From positions 14,572,001 to 14,632,000 of the forward strand of contig OZ249436.1 in assembly GCA_965235115.1 (NCBI GenBank): a stretch of DNA of 60,000 nucleotides. Direction: 5' to 3'. The stretch is from Laetmonice hystrix. Taxonomy: Eukaryota. The position numbers were made by a program, and so were the translations under genes. Under the pieces are notes generated by a model. The model did no database searches and was not told the origin of the DNA. It saw only the letters and a program-made list of their open reading frames with translations. This document shows positions 8,158 to 20,957 of the stretch, in pieces; the stretch's first letter is position 1, and each line of letters starts with the position of its first letter.

Positions 8158-11100
8158 TCCCTACATCTTACCGACTGGCCTAGTAGCCATGCAAACACTA
8201 CAGTCAGGTAGTGGAAATGAAAGGTACTGGCGAGGAGCATTTAATGTTAAAATCTGGAGAAGATACTTAAATGGGAAGTATACACATCACAACCATATAT
8301 CTGTAGCGAACGTACGAGACCTATACGTTTGACAATTACACATCTGGCCTAACAATCATAACTTTGGGGGGCGTAGTTTCAATTTGACGTATCAGAAATA
8401 TAGCCATTTTTCGCTTCTCATTGCTTTAACCTAAGAGCCACAGGTGCCTGCCAGCCCGGCCAGGTATACGTGGTGATTCCACCGGTAGCCGGAAGATGGC
8501 AGTGCAGTCGCCTCCCCCGCCGCCGCTTCAGTAGAGCTGCGCTGCACCCTGGTGTTTCTTGCCTGCAGCATCTCTGTACTCTTTCTTTGTTTGCTTCTTA
8601 CTTGGGGATGGGATATCTGATATAGAAAAGGCGTACAACGTCATTTGCCATTGTTAACTAAACCTATACGGCAAGCAGTCATTGGGACGACCTGACAACG
8701 TTGTCGCATGCTTACAGATGGTTTGTAGGGGACACAGATTAGATGGGAGTAGATGATAGACGAAAAGTATGGCCTGCCTCCTGGACAATAAAGGCATGGA
8801 AACATGAAACATGAGATGTCCCTATATTACTGGCTACTGTTGTATACAAACAAACGGTACAGGGAGGACAAACAGTACAGTGAGGAATCGCTACAAGGTA
8901 CTGGCTGGCCTAGCACCCCAGCGAACACTACAGTGAGGCCAAAGAGTACAGTGAGGCCAAACAATACACTGTGAGACTGTGAGGCCAAGCAGTGTGGGAG
9001 GCCAACCAGTACAGTGAGAAGTCCCTACATCTTACCGACTGGCCTAGTAGCCATGCAAACACTACAGTCAGGTAGTGGAAATGAAAGGTACTGGCGAGGA
9101 GCATTTAATGTAAAAAAACTGGAGAAGATACTCAAATGGCGCGGAAGTATACACGTCACAACCATATATCTGTAGCGAACGTACGAGACCTATACGTCTG
9201 ACAGGTATACATCTGGCCTAAGAATCATAACTTTGGGGGGCGTAGTTTCAATTTGACGTATCAGAAATGTAGCCATTTCTCGCTTTTCATTGCTTTAACC
9301 TAAGAGCCACCGGTGCCCACCAGCCCGGCCAGGTATACGTGGTGATTCCACCAGTAGCCGGAAGATGGCAATGCAGTCGCCCCCTCTGCCGCCGCTTCAG
9401 TAGAGCTGCGCTGCACCCTGGTGTTTCTTGCCTGCAACATGTCTGTACTCTTTCTTTGTTTGTTTCTTACTAGGGTGGGATATCTGATATAGAAAAAACG
9501 TACAGCGTCATTTGCCATTGTTAACTAAACCTTTACGGCAGCCAGTCATTGGGACGACCTGACAACGTTGTCGCACGCTTAAAGATGGTCTGTAGGGGAC
9601 ACAGATTAGATGGGAGTAGATGATAGACGAAACGTATTGCCTGCTTCCTGGACAATAAAGGCATGGAAACATGAAACATGAGGCGTCCCTATATTAGTGG
9701 CTACTGTTGTGTACAAGCAAACGGTACAGGGAAGACAAACAATACAGTGAGGAATCGCTACAAGGTACTGGCTGGCCTAGCACCCCAGCGAACACTACAG
9801 TGAGGCCAAAGAGTACAGTAAGGCTAAACAGTACACTGTGAGGCCAAGCAGTGTGGGAGGCCAATCAGTAGAGTGAGAAGTCCCTACATCTTACCGACTG
9901 GCCTAGTAGCCATGCAAACACTACAGTCAGGTCGTGGAAATGAAAGGTACTGGCGAGGAGCATTTAATGTTAAAATCTGGAGAAGATACTTAAATGGGAA
10001 GTATACACATCACAACCATATATCTGTAGCGAACGTACGAGACCTATACGTTTGACAGTTATACATCTGGCCTAACAATCATAACTTTGGGGGGCGTAGT
10101 TTCAATTTGACGTATCAGAAATGTAGCCATTTCTCGCTTTTCATTGCTTTAACCTAAAAGCCACCGGTGCCCGCCAGCCCGGCCAGGTATACGTCGTGAT
10201 TCCACCGGTAGCCGGAAGATGGCAGTGCAGTCGCCTCCCCCGCCGCCGCTTCAGTAGAGCTGCGCTGCACCCTGGTGTTTCTTGCCTGCAGCATCTCTGT
10301 ACTCTTTCTTTGTTTGCTTCTTACTTGGGGATGGGATATCTGATATAGAAAAAGCGTACAACGTCATTTGCCATTGTTAACTAAACCTTTACGGCAGCCA
10401 GTCATTGGGACGACCTGACAACGTTGTCGCACGCTTAAAGATGGTCTGTAGGGGACACAGATTAGATGGGAGTAGATGATAGACGAAACGTATTGCCTGC
10501 TTCCTGGACAATAAAGGCATGGAAACATGAAACATGAGGCGTCCCTATATTAGTGGCTACTGTTGTGTACAAGCAAACGGTACAGGGAAGACAAACAATA
10601 CAGTGAGGAATCGCTACAAGGTACTGGCTGGCCTAGCACCCCAGCGAACACTACAGTGAGGCCAAAGAGTACAGTAAGGCTAAACAGTACACTGTGAGGC
10701 CAAGCAGTGTGGGAGGCCAATCAGTAGAGTGAGAAGTCCCTACATCTTACCGACTGGCCTAGTAGCCATGCAAACACTACAGTCAGGTCGTGGAAATGAA
10801 AGGTACTGGCGAGGAGCATTTAATGTTAAAATCTGGAGAAGATACTTAAATAGGAAGTATACACATCACAACCATATATCTGTAGCGAACGTACGAGACC
10901 TATACGTTTGACAGTTATACATCTGGCCTAAGAATCATAACTTTGGGGGGCGTAGTTTCAATTTGACGTATCAGAAATGTAGCCATTTCTCGCTTTTCAT
11001 TGCTTTAACCTAACAGCCACCGGTGCCCGCCAGCCCGGCCAGGTATACGTCGTGATTCCACCGGTAGCCGGAAGATGGCAGTGCAGTCGCCTCCCCCGCC

Positions 11101-14100
11101 GCCGCTTCAGTAGAGCTGCGCTGCACCCTGGTGTTTCTTGCCTGCAGCATCTCTGTACTCTTTCTTTGTTTGCTTCTTACTTGGGGATGGGATATCTGAT
11201 ATAGAAAAAGCGTACAACGTCATTTGCCATTGTTAACTAAACCTTTACGGCAGCCAGTCATTGGGACGACCTGACAACGTTGTCGCACGCTTAAAGATGG
11301 TCTGTAGGGGACACAGATTAGATGGGAGTAGATGATAGACGAAACGTATTGCCTGCTTCCTGGACAATAAAGGCATGGAAACATGAAACATGAGGCGTCC
11401 CTATATTAGTGGCTACTGTTGTGTACAAGCAAACGGTACAGGGAAGACAAACAATACAGTGAGGAATCGCTACAAGGTACTGGCTGGCCTAGCACCCCAG
11501 CGAACACTACAGTGAGGCCAAAGAGTACAGTAAGGCTAAACAGTACACTGTGAGGCCAAGCAGTGTGGGAGGCCAATCAGTAGAGTGAGAAGTCCCTACA
11601 TCTTACCGACTGGCCTAGTAGCCATGCAAACACTACAGTCAGGTCGTGGAAATGAAAGGTACTGGCGAGGAGCATTTAATGTTAAAATCTGGAGAAGATA
11701 CTTAAATGGGAAGTATACACATCACAACCATATATCTGTAGCGAACGTACGAGACCTATACGTTTGACAGTTACACATCTGGCCTAAGAATCATAACTTT
11801 GGGGGGCGTAGTTTCAATTTGACGTATCAGAAATGTAGCCATTTCTCGCTTTTCATTGCTTTAACCTAAGAGCCACTGGTGCCCGCCTGCCCGGCCAAGT
11901 ATACGTGGTGATTCCACCGGTAGCCGGAAGATGGCAGTGCAGTCGCCTCCCCCGCCGCCGCTTCAGTAGAGCTGCGCTGCACCCTGGTGTTTCTTGCCTG
12001 CAGCATCTCTGTACTCTTTCTTTGTTTGCTTCTTACTTGGGGATGGGATATCTCATATAGAAAAAGCGTACAACGTCATTTGCCATTGTTAACTAAACCT
12101 TTACGGCAGCCAGTCATTGGGACGACCTGACAACGTTGTCGCACGCTTAAAGATGGTCTGTAGGGGACACAGATTAGATGGGAGTAGATGATAGACGAAA
12201 CGTATTGCCTGCTTCCTGGACAATAAAGGCATGGAAACATGAAACATGAGGCGTCCCTATATTACTGGCTACTGTTGTATACAAGCAAACGGTACAGGGA
12301 AGACAAACAATACAGTGAGGAATCGCTACAAGGTACTGGCTGGCCTAGCACCCCAGCGAACACTACAGTGAGGCCAAAGAGTACAGTAAGGCTAAACAGT
12401 ACACTGTGAGGCCAAGCAGTGTGGGAGGCCAACCAGTAGAGTGAGAAGTCCCTACATCTTACCGACTGGCCTAGTAGCCATGCAAACACTACAGTCAGGT
12501 AGTGGAAATGAAAGGTACTGGCGAGGAGCATTTAATGTTAAAATCTGGAGAAGATACTTAAATGGGAAGTATACACATCACAACCATATATCTGTAGCGA
12601 ACGTACGAGACCTATACGTTTGACAATTACACATCTGGCCTAACAATCATAACTTTGGGGGGCGTAGTTTCAATTTGACGTATCAGAAATATAGCCATTT
12701 TTCGCTTCTCATTGCTTTAACCTAAGAGCCACAGGTGCCTGCCAGCCCGGCCAGGTATACGTGGTGATTCCACCGGTAGCCGGAAGATGGCAGTGCAGTC
12801 GCCTCCCCCGCCGCCGCTTCAGTAGAGCTGCGCTGCACCCTGGTGTTTCTTGCCTGCAGCATCTCTGTACTCTTTCTTTGTTTGCTTCTTACTTGGGGAT
12901 GGGATATCTGATATAGAAAAGGCGTACAACGTCATTTGCCATTGTTAACTAAACCTATACGGCAAGCAGTCATTGGGACGACCTGACAACGTTGTCGCAT
13001 GCTTACAGATGGTTTGTAGGGGACACAGATTAGATGGGAGTAGATGATAGACGAAAAGTATGGCCTGCCTCCTGGACAATAAAGGCATGGAAACATGAAA
13101 CATGAGATGTCCCTATATTACTGGCTACTGTTGTATACAAACAAACGGTACAGGGAGGACAAACAGTACAGTGAGGAATCGCTACAAGGTACTGGCTGGC
13201 CTAGCACCCCAGCGAACACTACAGTGAGGCCAAAGAGTACAGTGAGGCCAAACAATACACTGTGAGACTGTGAGGCCAAGCAGTGTGGGAGGCCAACCAG
13301 TACAGTGAGAAGTCCCTACATCTTACCGACTGGCCTAGTAGCCATGCAAACACTACAGTCAGGTAGTGGAAATGAAAGGTACTGGCGAGGAGCATTTAAT
13401 GTAAAAAAACTGGAGAAGATACTCAAATGGCGCGGAAGTATACACGTCACAACCATATATCTGTAGCGAACGTACGAGACCTATACGTCTGACAGGTATA
13501 CATCTGGCCTAAGAATCATAACTTTGGGGGGCGTAGTTTCAATTTGACGTATCAGAAATGTAGCCATTTCTCGCTTTTCATTGCTTTAACCTAAGAGCCA
13601 CCGGTGCCCACCAGCCCGGCCAGGTATACGTGGTGATTCCACCAGTAGCCGGAAGATGGCAATGCAGTCGCCCCCTCTGCCGCCGCTTCAGTAGAGCTGC
13701 GCTGCACCCTGGTGTTTCTTGCCTGCAACATGTCTGTACTCTTTCTTTGTTTGTTTCTTACTAGGGTGGGATATCTGATATAGAAAAAACGTACAGCGTC
13801 ATTTGCCATTGTTAACTAAACCTTTACGGCAGCCAGTCATTGGGACGACCTGACAACGTTGTCGCACGCTTAAAGATGGTCTGTAGGGGACACAGATTAG
13901 ATGGGAGTAGATGATAGACGAAACGTATTGCCTGCTTCCTGGACAATAAAGGCATGGAAACATGAAACATGAGGCGTCCCTATATTAGTGGCTACTGTTG
14001 TGTACAAGCAAACGGTACAGGGAAGACAAACAATACAGTGAGGAATCGCTACAAGGTACTGGCTGGCCTAGCACCCCAGCGAACACTACAGTGAGGCCAA

Positions 14101-17100
14101 AGAGTACAGTAAGGCTAAACAGTACACTGTGAGGCCAAGCAGTGTGGGAGGCCAATCAGTAGAGTGAGAAGTCCCTACATCTTACCGACTGGCCTAGTAG
14201 CCATGCAAACACTACAGTCAGGTCGTGGAAATGAAAGGTACTGGCGAGGAGCATTTAATGTTAAAATCTGGAGAAGATACTTAAATGGGAAGTATACACA
14301 TCACAACCATATATCTGTAGCGAACGTACGAGACCTATACGTTTGACAGTTATACATCTGGCCTAAGAATCATAACTTTGGGGGGCGTAGTTTCAATTTG
14401 ACGTATCAGAAATGTAGCCATTTCTCGCTTTTCATTGCTTTAACCTAAAAGCCACCGGTGCCCGCCAGCCCGGCCAGGTATACGTCGTGATTCCACCGGT
14501 AGCCGGAAGATGGCAGTGCAGTCGCCTCCCCCGCCGCCGCTTCAGTAGAGCTGCGCTGCACCCTGGTGTTTCTTGCCTGCAGCATCTCTGTACTCTTTCT
14601 TTGTTTGCTTCTTACTTGGGGATGGGATATCTGATATAGAAAAAGCGTACAACGTCATTTGCCATTGTTAACTAAACCTTTACGGCAGCCAGTCATTGGG
14701 ACGACCTGACAACGTTGTCGCACGCTTAAAGATGGTCTGTAGGGGACACAGATTAGATGGGAGTAGATGATAGACGAAACGTATTGCCTGCTTCCTGGAC
14801 AATAAAGGCATGGAAACATGAAACATGAGGCGTCCCTATATTAGTGGCTACTGTTGTGTACAAGCAAACGGTACAGGGAAGACAAACAATACAGTGAGGA
14901 ATCGCTACAAGGTACTGGCTGGCCTAGCACCCCAGCGAACACTACAGTGAGGCCAAAGAGTACAGTAAGGCTAAACAGTACACTGTGAGGCCAAGCAGTG
15001 TGGGAGGCCAATCAGTAGAGTGAGAAGTCCCTACATCTTACCGACTGGCCTAGTAGCCATGCAAACACTACAGTCAGGTCGTGGAAATGAAAGGTACTGG
15101 CGAGGAGCATTTAATGTTAAAATCTGGAGAAGATACTTAAATAGGAAGTATACACATCACAACCATATATCTGTAGCGAACGTACGAGACCTATACGTTT
15201 GACAGTTATACATCTGGCCTAAGAATCATAACTTTGGGGGGCGTAGTTTCAATTTGACGTATCAGAAATGTAGCCATTTCTCGCTTTTCATTGCTTTAAC
15301 CTAACAGCCACCGGTGCCCGCCAGCCCGGCCAGGTATACGTCGTGATTCCACCGGTAGCCGGAAGATGGCAGTGCAGTCGCCTCCCCCGCCGCCGCTTCA
15401 GTAGAGCTGCGCTGCACCCTGGTGTTTCTTGCCTGCAGCATCTCTGTACTCTTTCTTTGTTTGCTTCTTACTTGGGGATGGGATATCTGATATAGAAAAA
15501 GCGTACAACGTCATTTGCCATTGTTAACTAAACCTTTACGGCAGCCAGTCATTGGGACGACCTGACAACGTTGTCGCACGCTTAAAGATGGTCTGTAGGG
15601 GACACAGATTAGATGGGAGTAGATGATAGACGAAACGTATTGCCTGCTTCCTGGACAATAAAGGCATGGAAACATGAAACATGAGGCGTCCCTATATTAG
15701 TGGCTACTGTTGTGTACAAGCAAACGGTACAGGGAAGACAAACAATACAGTGAGGAATCGCTACAAGGTACTGGCTGGCCTAGCACCCCAGCGAACACTA
15801 CAGTGAGGCCAAAGAGTACAGTAAGGCTAAACAGTACACTGTGAGGCCAAGCAGTGTGGGAGGCCAATCAGTAGAGTGAGAAGTCCCTACATCTTACCGA
15901 CTGGCCTAGTAGCCATGCAAACACTACAGTCAGGTCGTGGAAATGAAAGGTACTGGCGAGGAGCATTTAATGTTAAAATCTGGAGAAGATACTTAAATGG
16001 GAAGTATACACATCACAACCATATATCTGTAGCGAACGTACGAGACCTATACGTTTGACAGTTACACATCTGGCCTAAGAATCATAACTTTGGGGGGCGT
16101 AGTTTCAATTTGACGTATCAGAAATGTAGCCATTTCTCGCTTTTCATTGCTTTAACCTAAGAGCCACTGGTGCCCGCCTGCCCGGCCAAGTATACGTGGT
16201 GATTCCACCGGAAGCCGGAAGATGGCAGTGCAGTCGCCGCCCCCGCCGCCGCTTCAGTAGAGCTGCGCTGCACCCTGGTGTTTCTTGCCTGCAGCATCTC
16301 TGTACTCTTTCTTTGTTTGCTTCTTACTTGGGGATGGGATATCTGATATAGAAAAAGCGTACAACGTCATTTGCCATTGTTAACTAAACCTTTACGGCAG
16401 CCAGTCATTAGGACGACCTGACAACGTTGTCGCACGCTTAAAGATGGTCTGTAGGGGACACAGATTAGATGGGAGTAGATGATAGACGAAACGTATTGCC
16501 TGCTTCCTGGACAATAAAGGCATGGAAACATGAAACATGAGGCGTCCCTATATTAGTGGCTACTGTTGTGTACAAGCAAACGGTACAGGGAAGACAAACA
16601 ATACAGTGAGGAATCGCTACAAGGTACTGGCTGGCCTAGCACCCCAGCGAACACTACAGTGAGGCCAAAGAGTACAGTAAGGCTAAACAGTACACTGTGA
16701 GGCCAAGCAGTGTGGGAGGCCAATCAGTAGAGTGAGAAGTCCCTACATCTTACCGACTGGCCTAGTAGCCATGCAAACACTACAGTCAGGTCGTGGAAAT
16801 GAAAGGTACTGGCGAGGAGCATTTAATGTTAAAATCTGGAGAAGATACTTAAATGGGAAGTATACACATCACAACCATATATCTGTAGCGAACGTACGAG
16901 ACCTATACGTTTGACAGTTATACATCTGGCCTAAGAATCATAACTTTGGGGGGCGTAGTTTCAATTTGACGTATCAGAAATGTAGCCATTTCTCGCTTTT
17001 CATTGCTTTAACCTAACAGCCACCGGTGCCCGCCAGCCCGGCCAGGTATACGTCGTGATTCCACCGGTAGCCGGAAGATGGCAGTGCAGTCGCCTCCCCC

Positions 17101-20100
17101 GCCGCCGCTTCAGTAGAGCTGCGCTGCACCCTGGTGTTTCTTGCCTGCAGCATCTCTGTACTCTTTCTTTGTTTGCTTCTTACTTGGGGATGGGATATCT
17201 GATATAGAAAAAGCGTACAACGTCATTTGCCATTGTTAACTAAACCTTTACGGCAGCCAGTCATTGGGACGACCTGACAACGTTGTCGCACGCTTAAAGA
17301 TGGTCTGTAGGGGACACAGATTAGATGGGAGTAGATGATAGACGAAACGTATGGCCTGCTTCCTGGACAATAAAGGCATGGAAACATGAAACATGAGGCG
17401 TCCCTATATTACTGGCTACTGTTGTATACAAGCAAACGGTACAGGGAAGACAAACAATAAAGTGAGGAATCGCTACAAGGTACTGGCTGGCCTAGCACCC
17501 CAGCGAACACTACAGTGAGGCCAAAGAGTAGAGTAAGGCTAAACAGTACACTGTGAGGCCAAGCAGTGTGGGAGGCCAACCAGTAGAGTGAGAAGTCACT
17601 GCATCTTACTGACTGGCCTAGTAGCCATGCAGACACTACAGTCAGGTAGTGGAAATGAAAGGTACTGGCGAGGAGCATTTAATGTTAAAATCTGGAGAAG
17701 ATACTTAAATGGGAAGTATACACATCACAACCATATATCTGTAGCGAACGTACGAGACCTATACGTTTGACAGTTATACATCTGGCCTAAGAATCATAAC
17801 TTTGGGGGGCGTAGTTTCAATTTGACGTATCAGAAATGTAGCCATTTCTCGCTTTTCATTGCTTTAACCTAACAGCCACCGGTGCCCGCCAGCCCGGCCA
17901 GGTATACGTCGTGATTCCACCGGTAGCCGGAAGATGGCAGTGCAGTCGCCTCCCCCGCCGCCGCTTCAGTAGAGCTGCGCTGCACCCTGGTGTTTCTTGC
18001 CTGCAGCATCTCTGTACTCTTTCTTTGTTTGCTTCTTACTTGGGGATGGGATATCTGATATAGAAAAAGCGTACAACGTCATTTGCCATTGTTAACTAAA
18101 CCTTTACGGCAGCCAGTCATTGGGACGACCTGACAACGTTGTCGCACGCTTAAAGATGGTCTGTAGGGGACACAGATTAGATGGGAGTAGATGATAGACG
18201 AAACGTATGGCCTGCTTCCTGGACAATAAAGGCATGGAAACATGAAACATGAGGCGTCCCTATATTACTGGCTACTGTTGTATACAAGCAAACGGTACAG
18301 GGAAGACAAACAATAAAGTGAGGAATCGCTACAAGGTACTGGCTGGCCTAGCACCCCAGCGAACACTACAGTGAGGCCAAAGAGTAGAGTAAGGCTAAAC
18401 AGTACACTGTGAGGCCAAGCAGTGTGGGAGGCCAACCAGTAGAGTGAGAAGTCACTGCATCTTACTGACTGGCCTAGTAGCCATGCAGACACTACAGTCA
18501 GGTAGTGGAAATGAAAGGTACTGGCGAGGAGCATTTAATGTTAAAATCTGGAGAAGAAACTCAAATGGGAAGTATACACATCACAACCATATATCTGTAG
18601 CGAACGTACGAGACCTATACGTTTGACAGTTACACATCTGGCCTAAGAATCATAACTTTGGGGGGCGTAGTTTCAATTTGACGTATCAGAAATGTAGCCA
18701 TTTCTCGCTTTTCATTGCTTTAACCTAAGAGCCACTGGTGCCCGCCTGCCCGGCCAAGTATACGTGGTGATTCCACCGGAAGCCGGAAGATGGCAGTGCA
18801 GTCGCCGCCCCCGCCGCCGCTTCAGTAGAGCTGCGCTGCACCCTGGTGTTTCTTGCCTGCAGCATCTCTGTACTCTTTCTTTGTTTGCTTCTTACTTGGG
18901 GATGGGATATCTGATATAGAAAAAGCGTACAACGTCATTTGCCATTGTTAACTAAACCTTTACGGCAGCCAGTCATTGGGACGACCTGACAACGTTGTCG
19001 CACGCTTAAAGATGGTCTGTAGGGGACACAGATTAGATGGGAGTAGATGATAGACGAAACGTATTGCCTGCTTCCTGGACAATAAAGGCATGGAAACATG
19101 AAACATGAGGCGTCCCTATATTAGTGGCTACTGTTGTGTACAAGCAAACGGTACAGGGAAGACAAACAATACAGTAAGGAATCGCTACAAGGTACTGGCT
19201 GGCCTAGCACCCCAGCGAACACTACAGTGAGGCCAAAGAGTACAGTAAGGCTAAACAGTACACTGTGAGGCCAAGCAGTGTGGGAGGCCAATCAGTAGAG
19301 TGAGAAGTCCCTACATCTTACCGACTGGCCTAGTAGCCATGCAAACACTACAGTCAGGTAGTGGAAATGAAAGGTACTGGCGAGGAGCATTTAATGTTAA
19401 AATCTGGAGAAGATACTTAAATGGGAAGTATACACATCACAACCATATATCTGTAGCGAACGTACGAGACCTATACGTTTGACAGTTATACATCTGGCCT
19501 AAGAATCATAACTTTGGGGGGCGTAGTTTCAATTTGACGTATCAGAAATGTAGCCATTTCTCGCTTTTCATTGCTTTAACCTAACAGCCACCGGTGCCCG
19601 CCAGCCCGGCCAGGTATACGTCGTGATTCCACCGGTAGCCGGAAGATGGCAGTGCAGTCGCCTCCGCCGCCGCTTCAGTAGAGCTGCGCTGCACCCTGGT
19701 GTTTCTTGCCTGCAGCATCTCTGTACTCTTTCTTTGTTTGCTTCTTACTTGGGGATGGGATATCTGATATAGAAAAAGCGTACAACGTCATTTGCCATTG
19801 TTAACTAAACCTTTACGGCAGCCAGTCATTGGGACGACCTGACAACGTTGTCGCACGCTTAAAGATGGTCTGTAGGGGACACAGATTAGATGGGAGTAGA
19901 TGATAGACGAAACGTATGGCCTGCTTCCTGGACAATAAAGGCATGGAAACATGAAACATGAGGCGTCCCTATATTACTGGCTACTGTTGTATACAAGCAA
20001 ACGGTACAGGGAAGACAAACAATACAGTGAGGAATCGCTACAATGTACTGGCTGGCCTAGCACCCCAGCGAACACTACAGTGAGGCCAAAGAGTAGAGTA

Positions 20101-20949
20101 AGGCTAAACAGTACACTGTGAGGCCAAGCAGTGTGGGAGGCCAACCAGTAGAGTGAGAAGTCACTGCATCTTACTGACTGGCCTAGTAGCCATGCAGACA
20201 CTACAGTCAGGTAGTGGAAATGAAAGGTACTGGCGAGGAGCATTTAATGTTAAAATCTGGAGAAGAAACTCAAATGGGAAGTATACACATCACAACCATA
20301 TATCTGTAGCGAACGTACGAGACGTATACGTTTGACAGTTACACATCTGGCCTAAGAATCATAACTTTGGGGGGCGTAGTTTCAATTTGACGTATCAGAA
20401 ATGTAGCCATTTCTCGCTTTTCATTGCTTTAACCTAAGAGCCACCGGTGCCCGCCTGCCCGGCCAAGTATACGTGGTGATTCCACCGGTAGCCGGAAGAT
20501 GGCAGTGCAGTCGCCGCCCCCGCCGCCGCTTCAGTAGAGCTGCGCTGCACCCTGGTGTTTCTTGCCTGCAGTATCTCTGTACTCTTTCTTTGTTTGCTTC
20601 TTACTTGGGGATGGGATATCTGATATAGAAAAGGCGGACAATGTCATTTGCCAATGTTAACTAAACCTATACGGCAAGGAGTCATTGGGACGACCTGACA
20701 ACGTTGTCGCATGCTTACAGATGGTTTGTAGGGGACACAGATTAGATGGGAGTAGATGATAGACGAAAAGTATGGCCTGCCTCCTGGACAATAAAGGCAT
20801 GGAAACATGAAACATGAGGCGTCTCTATATTACTGGCTACTGTTGTATACAAGCAAACGGTACAGGGAGGACAAACAGTACAGTGAGGAATCGCTACAAG
20901 GTACTGGCTGGCCTAGCACCCCAGCGAACACTACAGTGAGGCCAAAGAG

Positions 20950-20957
20950 TAGGCCTA
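20950..20957. mobile_element. Putative transposon excision footprint TA-GGCC-TA (same event copied to 24403, 28682, 37254, 45827, 49282)
   Basis: Related monomers read GAG-TA-CAGTG, while these six read GAG-TA-GGCC-TA-CAGTG. Confidence 0.6.

Noticed and set aside
8176..8230. Pol III A-box-like TGGCCTAGTAG in the monomer
   Set aside because: No B-box downstream and no tRNA cloverleaf or 5S similarity.
8373..8397. Hammerhead-like CTGATAC...GAAAC on the minus strand (also CTGATGAG at 5303)
   Set aside because: The core needs CUGANGA, a stem II and GAAA with flanking stems. These are not all present at either site.
9111..9118. A7 versus A8 run as a compensating frameshift for the 2-nt deletion in exon B
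   Set aside because: Compensation holds only in some copies (e.g. near 26266) and not others (9111, 29720). Homopolymer length may also be a sequencing error.
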